A stretch of 64,000 nt of DNA from an uncultured Chloroflexia bacterium (GTDB lineage: Bacteria; Chloroflexota; Chloroflexia; QHBQ01; JADMIH01), in assembly GCA_963797095.1 (NCBI GenBank), contig CAWCNY010000003.1, positions 288,001 to 352,000 of the forward strand, read 5' to 3'. A model generated the notes under the pieces. That model made no database searches. It was not told the DNA's origin and saw only the letters and a program-made list of their open reading frames with translations. Below are positions 27,771 through 36,636 of the stretch, piece by piece (the stretch's first letter is position 1; the number at the start of each line of letters is the position of its first letter). The position numbers and the translations under genes were made by a program.

Positions 27771-29281
27771 CCGCAACACTGAGCAGATACAGGCCCTTCA
27801 TCATCACAGTGCTTGTGATCGCGCTGTTGCTGGCCTTTATGTTGCAGCAATACGCGCCCACCATCACCGCCAATATCGTGCTATCCGGTCTGACGCTTGG
27901 TGCGCTCTATTTCCTGGTGACCTCCGGCCTCTCCCTGATCTTCGGCCTGATGGATGTGCTCAACTTCGCACACGGCATCTTCTTCATGCTTGGGGCCTAC
28001 CTGGGCTACACCATGTACGCCAACCCACGCATGATCCTGAACACCCTGCCTTTCGTGCTTGCATTACTGGGGGCGGTGGCGGTCGGCGTGTGGCTCGCTA
28101 CCCTCCTCCCAAGAGGCTCATTCTCACGACAGTTCGACCGCGCTATAGCCATAGGACTTGGGGTAGTGGGCGGAGGACTGACCTTATGGGCCGTGTGGGG
28201 CTTCGATCTGCTCAAGCTGGCAGCCAACGACGCCACCTCCGCCGGGGGCGCGGTCCCAACCGATCAGGCGCAAGAGCCTGCCGACCAGTACATAACCCGG
28301 CTCTTGATACTGGGAGTGGCAGGGCTGCTGCTGGGCCTTGCGCTCACCCGCAACACCGTGGCCGAAGGGCGCGCAGGGAGGGCAAACCTGCTCGGCCTCG
28401 CAGGTGGCCTTGTTTCTATCGCCCTGGCGCTTCTGCTCGTCGGCTGGCGCACCCCCGGCGAAACATTCCTGCTCGGCCTGTCGTCCGACCTGCGCTTCTT
28501 GCTGGCGCTGGTGGCGGGTGCGGCAGGCGGGGCCATCGTGGGGGCGCTGGTCGAGACCAGCATGATACGCCCTCTGTACGCCCGTCCCATCTATCAGGTC
28601 CTCCTCACGCTTGGTCTCGTCTTCGTGGGCACCGAGGCGGTCAAGGCGATATGGGGGCCCGTTGGCTACTACATGGACATCCCGGCCTTCTTCAGCACCA
28701 GAGGCGACAACTGCCCGGCCCCCGACATCCTATCGTGGTTCAGCAGCCACTGCGCTTCCATCGACGTGCTCGGCAGGCCCTTCCCAAGCTATCGCATCTT
28801 CATTATCGCGCTGGGCATAATAGTGTTCGTGGGGGTGCTGCTGCTGCTCCAGCGCACAAGGTTGGGCATGATCATACGCGCCGGCGTGCAGGACCGCGAT
28901 ATGGTGCAGGCGCTCGGCATCAACGTGCGCAGAGTCTTCACCCTGGTGTTTGCCCTCGGCTGCGGCCTGGCCGCATTGGGCGGGGTGGCTGCCGCTCCCT
29001 TCCTTGGGGTCAACCTGGGCCTGGCGCAAGACTTCCTGCTGCTGGCGTTCATCGCCATAGTGATCGGAGGCATGGGGAGCTACACCGGCGCGGCAATAGG
29101 CGCTCTCCTGGTGGGGCTGGCGCGCTCCTTCGGAGACCAGCTTGTGCTGTCGGGCATTACTCTCCCCGGTATGACCGAAGCCATGACCTTCTCGCCCTCG
29201 ATAGCCCGCGCGTCGACGGTGCTACTGATGGCGATAGTGCTGCTGATAAGGCCCGCCGGCCTCTTCGGGAGGAAAGAGTGA
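27767..29281 (+). CDS. HAAT-type ABC permease (LivH-like) with an extra membrane insertion
   Basis: GLSLIFG..NFAHG, TRLG..IRA, IGGMGS, RPAGLFG; 504 aa. Confidence 0.88.
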   Translation: MTATLSRYRPFIITVLVIALLLAFMLQQYAPTITANIVLSGLTLGALYFLVTSGLSLIFGLMDVLNFAHGIFFMLGAYLGYTMYANPRMILNTLPFVLALLGAVAVGVWLATLLPRGSFSRQFDRAIAIGLGVVGGGLTLWAVWGFDLLKLAANDATSAGGAVPTDQAQEPADQYITRLLILGVAGLLLGLALTRNTVAEGRAGRANLLGLAGGLVSIALALLLVGWRTPGETFLLGLSSDLRFLLALVAGAAGGAIVGALVETSMIRPLYARPIYQVLLTLGLVFVGTEAVKAIWGPVGYYMDIPAFFSTRGDNCPAPDILSWFSSHCASIDVLGRPFPSYRIFIIALGIIVFVGVLLLLQRTRLGMIIRAGVQDRDMVQALGINVRRVFTLVFALGCGLAALGGVAAAPFLGVNLGLAQDFLLLAFIAIVIGGMGSYTGAAIGALLVGLARSFGDQLVLSGITLPGMTEAMTFSPSIARASTVLLMAIVLLIRPAGLFGRKE

Positions 29282-30372
29282 TGGAGACCGCCCAGGCAAC
29301 TGCAACACGCTCATCTCAGGGGGTGAGGCGCACCGGCGGGCTATCTCGCATCATCACGCTGCTGGTTGTGGTGGCGGCGCTGGCGGCCTTTCCGTTCATC
29401 CTGTCGGCCCTCACCGGGCAACCCGTCGACTCAGGCACTCCCAAGTTCTGGGAGGGCATGATCATACAGGTCTTCATCCTCGCCGTTTACGCCGTCAGCT
29501 ACGACCTGCTGATGGGCTACACAGGCATCCTCTCGTTCGGGCACGCCATGTTCTACGGAACAGGCTCGTATGTCACAGCCATACTGCTCTTGCATGCCAG
29601 TTGGGACCTGTGGGCCGTGGCTCTGGTCGTCCTGGGTGTGGCTCTGCTGCAATCGCTCCTGATCGGGGTGATATCGTTGCGCGTGCATGGGGTCTACCTG
29701 GCGATGGTCACTCTCGCCTTCGCCCAGATGTTCTTCATCCTGGCCGAGGCCACCGACTTCCGTGATTGGACCGGGGCCGAGGACGGGCTACACGGTGTGC
29801 CCGTTCCCGAATGGCTCGACCCCACCAACGAGCGGCTGCGCTTCTATTACATCGCGCTCGCTTTCGCTGTCGTCATGTACCTGGTTGCGCGCCGGGTAGT
29901 CGAGTCGCCGGTCGGCCATGTAATGGTAGCCATCCGCGAGAACGAGGCCCGCGCCCAGATGATAGGGTACAACACCTTCGTGTTCAAGCTGATCGCCCTT
30001 ACGCTGTCGGGCATGCTCGCGGCGCTGGCCGGGCTGATGTACGCTCTTTGGAACCAGGGGGCCAACTCCGCAACACTGAGCGTAAATACTACCGTGAACG
30101 CCCTGCTCATGACCATCATCGGCGGCGTCGGCACCCTCATTGGGCCGATGCTGGGGGCAGGTCTGCTCCAATTACTCGGCTATTGGCTCAACGACATCTT
30201 CGGCCCGCGCTGGCCCCTCATCTTCGGCATTATCTACATCCTGATAGTCCTGTTCTTCCCCTATGGTCTGGTGGGCACATGGAAACTGCGCACCGGAGCA
30301 TGGCGAGAGGCGTGGGGCGGGCGTCTGCAACGGCTCGCCAACTGGCGGCCAAGCGGCTCTGAGCAAGGCTAA
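29281..30372 (+). CDS. HAAT-type ABC permease (LivM-like)
   Basis: DLLMGYTGILSFGHA, YLAMVTLAF, AIRENE, IIGGVGT; ATG 29281 overlaps the upstream TGA. Confidence 0.9.
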   Translation: METAQATATRSSQGVRRTGGLSRIITLLVVVAALAAFPFILSALTGQPVDSGTPKFWEGMIIQVFILAVYAVSYDLLMGYTGILSFGHAMFYGTGSYVTAILLLHASWDLWAVALVVLGVALLQSLLIGVISLRVHGVYLAMVTLAFAQMFFILAEATDFRDWTGAEDGLHGVPVPEWLDPTNERLRFYYIALAFAVVMYLVARRVVESPVGHVMVAIRENEARAQMIGYNTFVFKLIALTLSGMLAALAGLMYALWNQGANSATLSVNTTVNALLMTIIGGVGTLIGPMLGAGLLQLLGYWLNDIFGPRWPLIFGIIYILIVLFFPYGLVGTWKLRTGAWREAWGGRLQRLANWRPSGSEQG

Positions 30373-30439
30373 GTTTCACCTCTACATAGTGCGTAAGCGC
30401 CTCCAAGAGAGATTGATCCCTCAATTTTGCCGAATGCCC

Positions 30440-30494
30440 TTGACAAATCGCGCAAAATGGTTTATATATAAACTATATAGTTTAAGTGTAAACT
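30440..30494 (+). promoter_or_regulatory. Sigma70-type promoter with two GTTTA-N4-TAAAC palindromes (probable MarR operators)
   Basis: TTGACA 30440-30445; GTTTATATATAAAC 30460-30473; GTTTAAGTGTAAAC 30480-30493. Confidence 0.75.
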
Positions 30495-30536
30495 AATTCG
30501 GAAACGGCAGAGGAGAAACAAAAGGCAGGGATAACG

Positions 30537-30974
30537 ATGGCGAAGCTCAAGGATGCAAGAGTGCTGGCGTGGCTTTATATGATGCGGGTCTTCAACAAAA
30601 TGGAGCGCCTGGGCGGTGAGCATATACAGGGGCTAGGTTTGACTGCCGCACAGTTCGATCTACTGTCTCAGCTCAGCGTAAACGAGGGTATCAGCCAGCA
30701 GGGGTTGTCCGACAAGCTATTCGTCACCAAGGGCAACGTTTGCGGACTGCTCGACCGCATGGAGCAAAAAGGGTGGGTAGAGCGCAAAAGCGACCCCGAC
30801 GACCGGCGAGCACATCGCCTCTTCCTCACCGAGGAAGGGCGCAAGCTAGCTGAATGCATAATGCCTGCTCACGAGCAGTTCATAGCCCGGCAGATGGAAG
30901 CGCTAACTGACGAGGAGCAAGCTACACTCCGCTCGCTGCTCAGGCAACTGGACAAATCCCTAACCACAAAATAG
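30537..30974 (+). CDS. MarR family transcriptional regulator
   Basis: GLTAAQFDLL, LDRMEQKGWVER..DPDDRR..LTEEG. Confidence 0.93.
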   Translation: MAKLKDARVLAWLYMMRVFNKMERLGGEHIQGLGLTAAQFDLLSQLSVNEGISQQGLSDKLFVTKGNVCGLLDRMEQKGWVERKSDPDDRRAHRLFLTEEGRKLAECIMPAHEQFIARQMEALTDEEQATLRSLLRQLDKSLTTK

Positions 30975-31063
30975 GTTCCTCTTTTTGACCAAACCCGATC
31001 GGTTTACACAACAAACGGTAAAAAAGAAACTCAATTCACATAAAGAACAGGAGCATAACTAAA

Positions 31064-31630
31064 ATGACTAGCACAACGTCGAACATACAGGAGCAGACAA
31101 CCACAAGGAACACATGGACCCTCGATCCGGCCCACACAGCCGTGAACTTCTCGGCCAAGCACATGATGGTCACTACCGTGCGCGGCAACCTTGGCCCCGT
31201 CAGCGGAGCTATCGAATTGGACGAGAACGACTTCACCAACAGCGAGATCGAGGTCGTGATCGACGTGGCTAACCTCCACAGCCGCGACGAGAGGCGTGAC
31301 ACTCACCTCAAGTCGGGCGACTTCTTCGATGTGGAGAACTTCCCTTCAGCCACGTTCAAGAGCAAGAAGATCGAGCGCACAGGCGACGATACATACAAGG
31401 TTTTCGGCGACCTGACCGTTCGCGCCACTACACGCGAAGTAACGCTCGATACTCAGTTCGAGGGTTTCACCAAATCCCCCTGGGGTACGCAGGTAGCGGC
31501 TTTCAGCGCCACAACCAAGCTGAACCGCAAGGACTGGAACCTGAACTGGAACGTCGCGCTGGAGGCCGGTGGCGTGCTCGTGGGCGAGAGCGTCAAGCTG
31601 GAGATAGATGTAGAGGCTATCAAGCAGTAA
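31064..31630 (+). CDS. YceI family lipid/polyisoprenoid-binding protein
   Basis: WTLDPAH, RDTHLKSGDFFDVENFP, GDLTVR, RKDW.L.WN. Confidence 0.92.
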   Translation: MTSTTSNIQEQTTTRNTWTLDPAHTAVNFSAKHMMVTTVRGNLGPVSGAIELDENDFTNSEIEVVIDVANLHSRDERRDTHLKSGDFFDVENFPSATFKSKKIERTGDDTYKVFGDLTVRATTREVTLDTQFEGFTKSPWGTQVAAFSATTKLNRKDWNLNWNVALEAGGVLVGESVKLEIDVEAIKQ

Positions 31631-31695
31631 TTGCGCGATAAATTACGTGATAAACGATCTGTTTCTAAGTAGAGTGAAACATGAAACTTAGCGAA

Positions 31696-31820
31696 TTTTA
31701 GGTGCAGCTTCGCAGGTGCGCAAGCTGCACCTAAAAAGAGCGAAATTGGCGGCAAAGCCGCCAATTTCGCTCTTTTTAGAAAGCCCCTCCCCAAAATATG
31801 GGGGGGGGTTGGGGGGGGGT
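31696..31820. repeat. Two overlapping hairpins (one a perfect 23-bp stem) plus a C/G-run palindrome between convergent genes
   Basis: CTAAAAAGAGCGAAATTGGCGGC-AAA-GCCGCCAATTTCGCTCTTTTTAG; related to 3117-3206. Confidence 0.8.
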
Positions 31821-31892
31821 CTCTGGGCTCGCCCGATCTGTTTTACGCACGAATCGTAAATTTGGGACGACCTAAATGACCCTTCGTGCCCA

Positions 31893-32960
31893 TCACTCAT
31901 ACATCATGATCAGGTCGGTGATGGGGCGGCGAGGGCGGCGTGGCGGGTCTTGCGCGCCCCAGCCTAGCTGTATGAGGGCGTGCGGGATCAGGTCAGGTTG
32001 AAGAGCAAGTGCCTCTACCACCACCTCAGGGCAGAAAAGAGGCGCGCACATCCAGCCTGTATCGAGGCCAAGGCTGTAGGCGCTCAGAAGAAGGTTCTGG
32101 ATGGCGGCACCCAGGCTCTGGATAGCCATCACGCGCTCGGCCTCCTGGCGGGCGGGGTCCGAGTAGGTGTGCAGGTCCGACAGGTACAGGCATGGGATAA
32201 TAAGCACAGGGGTACTCACGATCCGGTTGTGGGATTGTCGTGCCCGCGTTTCCACCACATCGGGATCGTCACCGTCCAGGGCGAGGTTGCGCCGCCATTC
32301 AGCACCCATCGCCTGTGCCAGCTTCTCCTTGACTTCAGGGCGGGTGAGCACAATGAAGCGCCAGGGTTGCGCGCCATGCGGCGATGGTGCCCACCGCGCG
32401 GCCTCAATTGCCGCTTCAACAAGCTCGCGTGGCACCGGGATCGTCTTGAAGCGGCGCACCACATGGCGTCCTCTGGCCAACAACGCGAAATCAAGCCCTG
32501 GCCTATCCTGCGGAATATGGCTCCCTACAGGTGCTGCCTGCCACTCGTAGGTGCAGGTCACCGAGATCGTTATCACGGGCTGGCTCTCGATCGGCATACG
32601 GAGGTACTGCGGGTACTTGTCTCTGAGGAGCGAGATCGCAGCCGAGTGGTCGGGGCTACCGGGGGCCGCGAGAGCGGCAGTTCCGGTCACCAGGGCATAG
32701 CGGAGACGTGTCCAGTCTTCGCTGTAGGTATCCACCAGCAGGGCAACATACGGGTTCGCCAGGATGTTGCGCACGCGCTTGAGACGTGTAGGCACCACCC
32801 TCTTGGGCTTGGCATCCAGGGCTATGTAGATGCGAACTCCCGATTGGGCGAAGCAGACCGGCACCACGTAGGGCCGCCCGGCGGCATCGGCGGTGGCTAA
32901 ACGCGCCACGCGAGCGGAATTGATGTAGGGATCTGGGTTGTCCTGAGAGAGTATAGCCAA
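31893..32960 (-). CDS. PPOX-class F420-dependent domain fused to an FbiB-C-terminal/FbiE-like nitroreductase
   Basis: N-half ARLAT..P.VVPVCF..D.KPK..LKRVRNILANP..D.YSEDW; C-half R..VRRF..WAPSPHGAQPWRF..WMCAPLFCP; TTG start uncertain. Confidence 0.82.
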   Translation of the reverse strand: MAILSQDNPDPYINSARVARLATADAAGRPYVVPVCFAQSGVRIYIALDAKPKRVVPTRLKRVRNILANPYVALLVDTYSEDWTRLRYALVTGTAALAAPGSPDHSAAISLLRDKYPQYLRMPIESQPVITISVTCTYEWQAAPVGSHIPQDRPGLDFALLARGRHVVRRFKTIPVPRELVEAAIEAARWAPSPHGAQPWRFIVLTRPEVKEKLAQAMGAEWRRNLALDGDDPDVVETRARQSHNRIVSTPVLIIPCLYLSDLHTYSDPARQEAERVMAIQSLGAAIQNLLLSAYSLGLDTGWMCAPLFCPEVVVEALALQPDLIPHALIQLGWGAQDPPRRPRRPITDLIMMYE

Positions 32961-33025
32961 AGGTATGATCGCTATGCTGGATCTTCGTGGGGAGAGCCGG
33001 AGGGGCTGGTCCTCCCCCTCATAAT

Positions 33026-33072
33026 ACTAAATGACATTGGTGGACAAAAACGGGACACGTTTTGAGGTGTAC
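33026..33072 (-). promoter_or_regulatory. Conserved promoter-like motif, copy 3 (upstream of the PPOX-nitroreductase gene)
   Basis: Reverse complement reads GTACAC-N8-GTGTCC-N17-GTCATTTAGT. Confidence 0.7.
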
Positions 33073-33094
33073 TTTCGGGTGGTTTTTCTTGAGA

Positions 33095-34576
33095 TTACTT
33101 GTAGCGGATGATTGCGAAGTCATTGTTGAGGATGTCGTCGGGGTCTACGTTGGCTGTGCCCGCTAACACGACCTTGCCATCGGGTTGGAGGGCAACGGCA
33201 TGGGCCTCGTCCTGGTATTCGCCGAACAACTCTCGTATTATGCCTTTTTTGCCGAGACTTGTGTCGAGGCTGCCGTCCGCGTTGTATATTTCGAGGCCGA
33301 AGTCGGTCTGGCTCAGGTAGCCCGCGGTGGCGAGCCTGCCATCAGGTAGGCGCACAAGCGAGTAGTTGCCCGACGAAAAGCCGTAGTCGTTGCTGACCAT
33401 GCCGCCATCTCCAAAAGAGGTGTCGAGGCTACCTTCACTGTTATATTGCACAAGTCCAAAGCCGTTTTTCCAGCACGCATCGGTTGAGCAGAATTGCGCA
33501 CCCACGGTCACGGTCCCTGCCAGCACTATCTTGCCCCCCGGAACGAGAGCGATAGCATAAGCCACATCGGGAGAGTCGCCACCTATATCGGTGAGAAGCT
33601 TGCCGCCCTCGCCGAAATCAGTATCGAGGCTGCCGTCAGAGTTGTAGCGCACAACGGCAAAGTCGCGGAAGTCGGTGCTTTCGGGGCTTGAGGAAGCGAA
33701 GCCCGCCACAACGATCTTGCCATCATCCTGAATGGCGACCGCGTTTGCGCCATCATCGTTACTCACGTCGGTGATGATCACGCCTGCATCCCCAAATGTC
33801 TCGTCCAGGCTGCCGTCGGTGTTGATACGGGCGATTGCGAAGTCGAGCGGGTAGATGCCCGTGGTACCGGCGAGCACGATCTTGCCGTCGGGCTGGATCG
33901 AGGCTGCATAGGCGGTGTCGTCGCCGCTGTTGGATCTCTCGCGGTTGACCGGGATCAGAGCCTTGCCGCCATCGCCGAACAATTCGTCCAGGCTGCCATC
34001 GGTGTTGTAGCGCACAGCCGCGAACACCGAATGACGGTATGCCGGCCACCAGGCCGTGCCGACGGCGACCAGTTTGCCGTCAGGTTGCGCCAGGAGAGCG
34101 TAGGATTGCGAGTAGTCGTACGCTTCGCCCAGAACATTGGTGGCGGCTATGCCTTCGTCCGCAAAGGTTGTGTCGAGGCTGCCGTCGGCGTTGTAACGCG
34201 CAACCGTGAACTTGGGCTGTTGGTTCTTGATGGGTCGTGCCTCGCCCGCTACGGCTATCTTGCCGTCAGACTGGACTATTATCGCGCGTATTGTTTCGGT
34301 GCTACTGCCGAGGTCTGTAGTGACCTTGCCGCCCTCACCAAATGTATCATCGAGCACACCCTGGAAGTTGAATGAGCCCGACGTTCGAGGTGTCGAAGTG
34401 ACCTGGGTCGGCACGATATCGTCGCCCGTGTCACCCGTCTGGCCGGGGGTGGGGGTTGGTTGGGAGCTATCTCCACACGCTGCCGTGAATAGAAGTAGAG
34501 CGAGTATGAAGGTCGAAAAGAACGGGTGCGGAGTGCGGGATCGCTGTTTACTGGACTTTTGCGTGCGAGATAGCAT
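33095..34576 (-). CDS. Delta-60 repeat (beta-propeller) lipoprotein
   Basis: Lipobox FTAAC; about seven QPDGKIV..G / RYN.DGSLD.TFG.GG repeats. Confidence 0.88.
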   Translation of the reverse strand: MLSRTQKSSKQRSRTPHPFFSTFILALLLFTAACGDSSQPTPTPGQTGDTGDDIVPTQVTSTPRTSGSFNFQGVLDDTFGEGGKVTTDLGSSTETIRAIIVQSDGKIAVAGEARPIKNQQPKFTVARYNADGSLDTTFADEGIAATNVLGEAYDYSQSYALLAQPDGKLVAVGTAWWPAYRHSVFAAVRYNTDGSLDELFGDGGKALIPVNRERSNSGDDTAYAASIQPDGKIVLAGTTGIYPLDFAIARINTDGSLDETFGDAGVIITDVSNDDGANAVAIQDDGKIVVAGFASSSPESTDFRDFAVVRYNSDGSLDTDFGEGGKLLTDIGGDSPDVAYAIALVPGGKIVLAGTVTVGAQFCSTDACWKNGFGLVQYNSEGSLDTSFGDGGMVSNDYGFSSGNYSLVRLPDGRLATAGYLSQTDFGLEIYNADGSLDTSLGKKGIIRELFGEYQDEAHAVALQPDGKVVLAGTANVDPDDILNNDFAIIRYK

Positions 34577-34607
34577 TGCCTTCTCTTTCCGGAGACCGGC
34601 TACTGTA

Positions 34608-35633
34608 TCAGTAGTGGTCGCTCTCGTCGTCAGTGGGCGCGGGCGGCTCCGGCCACTTGATGTTGGGGATGACTTCGCGACCGTAAGCCTCGATGAACTC
34701 AGGCTGGTTGCGACCTACGTTGTGGATATAGACTTCGGTGAAGCCGAGGTCTACGAAGTGCTGGATGTGGGCGCGATGGGCGTCCAGGTCGGCGGACATG
34801 AACACACGGCCCTTGAAGTTTTCGGGGCGCACAAGGCGCTGTATTGCCTCGAAGTCCTCGGGGTTGCGGATGTCCTGCTTGGGGAAGTTCATACCGCCGT
34901 TGGGCCACTCCTTGACAGATTGGTCGATGGCAGCTTCGTCGGTTTCGGCCCACGAAACGTGAAGCTGGAGAATGCGGGGCATCTTGAAGGGGTCTTTGCC
35001 TGCATCGAACGCGCCCTTCTCGAATCTCTCCATGAGGTTCTTGAGTTTCTCGTCGGCAGCACCCACGGTGATTATGCCCTCGCAGGTGCGGCCAGTGCGC
35101 TCGGCATTGATGGGGCCGGAGGTGGCGACGAAAATGGGAGGGGGTGTCTTGGGCATAGTGTAGAGTCTGGCCGATTCGAGGGTGTAGTATTGGCCCCTGT
35201 GCTTGACCACTTTGCCCGTGAAGAGCTTGCGGATAACCTCTATCGCCTCGCCAAGCATCTCAAGGCGTGTGACGGCTTCGGGCCAATACTGGCCGGTGAT
35301 GTGCTCGTTGAGGGCCTCGCCCGCGCCCAGGCCAAGATAGAACCTGCCAGGGAACATAGCCTCCATGGTGGCGGCGGCCTGCGCGAGGATGGCGGGGTGG
35401 TAGCGCCAGCCCGGAGGGGTGACGCCCGTACCGAGGCGTAGCTTGGTGGCGACCCCGAGCGCGCCCAGCAGAGACCAGGCGAAGGGACTTTGACCCTGTG
35501 AGGGAACCCAAGGGTGGAAGTGATCGGACACCATGAGGCCAGTCCAACCGTTGTCCTCGGCGGCCTTCGAGTAGTCTATTAGCTCTGTGGGCGAGAATTG
35601 CTCGCACATGACTGCATAGCCGAAAATGCCCAT
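34608..35633 (-). CDS. F420-dependent LLM-class oxidoreductase (Fgd-like)
   Basis: EQF.P, SDHFHPW, GTGVT.P..RYHPA..AQ, GAGEALNEH. Confidence 0.88.
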   Translation of the reverse strand: MGIFGYAVMCEQFSPTELIDYSKAAEDNGWTGLMVSDHFHPWVPSQGQSPFAWSLLGALGVATKLRLGTGVTPPGWRYHPAILAQAAATMEAMFPGRFYLGLGAGEALNEHITGQYWPEAVTRLEMLGEAIEVIRKLFTGKVVKHRGQYYTLESARLYTMPKTPPPIFVATSGPINAERTGRTCEGIITVGAADEKLKNLMERFEKGAFDAGKDPFKMPRILQLHVSWAETDEAAIDQSVKEWPNGGMNFPKQDIRNPEDFEAIQRLVRPENFKGRVFMSADLDAHRAHIQHFVDLGFTEVYIHNVGRNQPEFIEAYGREVIPNIKWPEPPAPTDDESDHY

Positions 35634-35720
35634 GGTGTGCCTCCTAGCGAATGATACGTGAAACGTGATACGTGAATCTTCGTGCGATGTATGTAATGGG
35701 GATTAATACTTTGTGTGTAT

Positions 35721-35856
35721 CGGTAGTCGGTAGTCGGAGGATTGGTGGCGAGTGGCGAGTGGCGAGTGGCGAGTGGCGAGTGGCGAGTGGCGAGTGGCGA
35801 GTATTTGCCTTTCCGACTACCGACTACCGACTACCGACTACCGACTACCGACTACC
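35721..35856. repeat. Nested heptamer hairpin: CGGTAGT arm / GGCGAGT array / CGACTAC arm; supplies the cofE stop codon
   Basis: Read directly; junction CGAGTATTTGCCTTTCCGACTAC is shared with 39769-39791. Confidence 0.92.
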
Positions 35857-36601
35857 TGAACATATCGCGCGCAGGCTCGATGATCAACTCCTGGGAGTTG
35901 CCTTCGGCCCTGTCGTACGAATATCCGCGCACGACGGCGACGGGGCAGGACTCCACTTTGCCCATCACCAACTCGGCGGCTGATGCCAGTTCGTCGGCTA
36001 CAGCTATGATGGTGGCGTTCATGCGGTAGCCGTAGGGATCGTGCTGGCCCCGGTAGTCGCGCAGAGGGGCCAGACCGGACACGCCGATGGCGATGTTGAT
36101 TATGCCGTGACGCCAGGCGCGGCCAAAAGAGTCGGAGACGATCACGGGGATATCGAGGCCTGTGGCGCGTTGGACAGCTTCGCGGATGTGGAAAGCCGAG
36201 GCATCGGAGTTGAGAGGGAGAAGGCCCACAATGTGCTCGCCCTGTACATTGGAGGCATCCACTCCCGCGTTGGCGCATATGAACCCGTGGCGCGTCTCGC
36301 AGATGATGATGCCCTTGTCCATGCGCACGATGCGGGCGCTCTCGCGCAACACCACCTCGATGTGGCGGGGGTCTTTGCCCCATGTGCGGGCGTAATCTAC
36401 GGCGAACTGCGACGGCTCGATCTCGTTGAGGTCAACCAATCGACCCTCGGCTTTGCTGACGATCTTCTGCGTGACGACGAGCACATCGCCATCCTGCAAG
36501 GCTATATTGCCCGCCACACAGCCCGATAGGATCAGGGCGGGCAGGTCGTCGCCTGGGTGGATTTCGGGGATGTTGGGGATGCCTAGAAGTTGGATAGTCA
36601 T
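35852..36601 (-). CDS. cofE: Coenzyme F420-0:L-glutamate ligase (stand-alone)
   Basis: PGDDL, QKIVSKAEG, ANAGVDASN, SDSFGRAWR, ADELASAAELVMGK. Confidence 0.93.
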   Translation of the reverse strand: MTIQLLGIPNIPEIHPGDDLPALILSGCVAGNIALQDGDVLVVTQKIVSKAEGRLVDLNEIEPSQFAVDYARTWGKDPRHIEVVLRESARIVRMDKGIIICETRHGFICANAGVDASNVQGEHIVGLLPLNSDASAFHIREAVQRATGLDIPVIVSDSFGRAWRHGIINIAIGVSGLAPLRDYRGQHDPYGYRMNATIIAVADELASAAELVMGKVESCPVAVVRGYSYDRAEGNSQELIIEPARDMFR

Positions 36602-36636
36602 TACTGCTTACTTCGTATTGCGTTTTGCGTATTTGA

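Noticed and set aside
28090-29280. 760-aa giant LivM or LivH-LivM fusion
   Set aside because: The upstream part is an off-frame overlap of livH with no protein-like features; the coupled ATG is at 29281
35672-36029. ORFs containing ASGEWRV/PTTDYRL repeats (also 39758-39958)
   Set aside because: Translations of heptamer arrays, antisense to real genes
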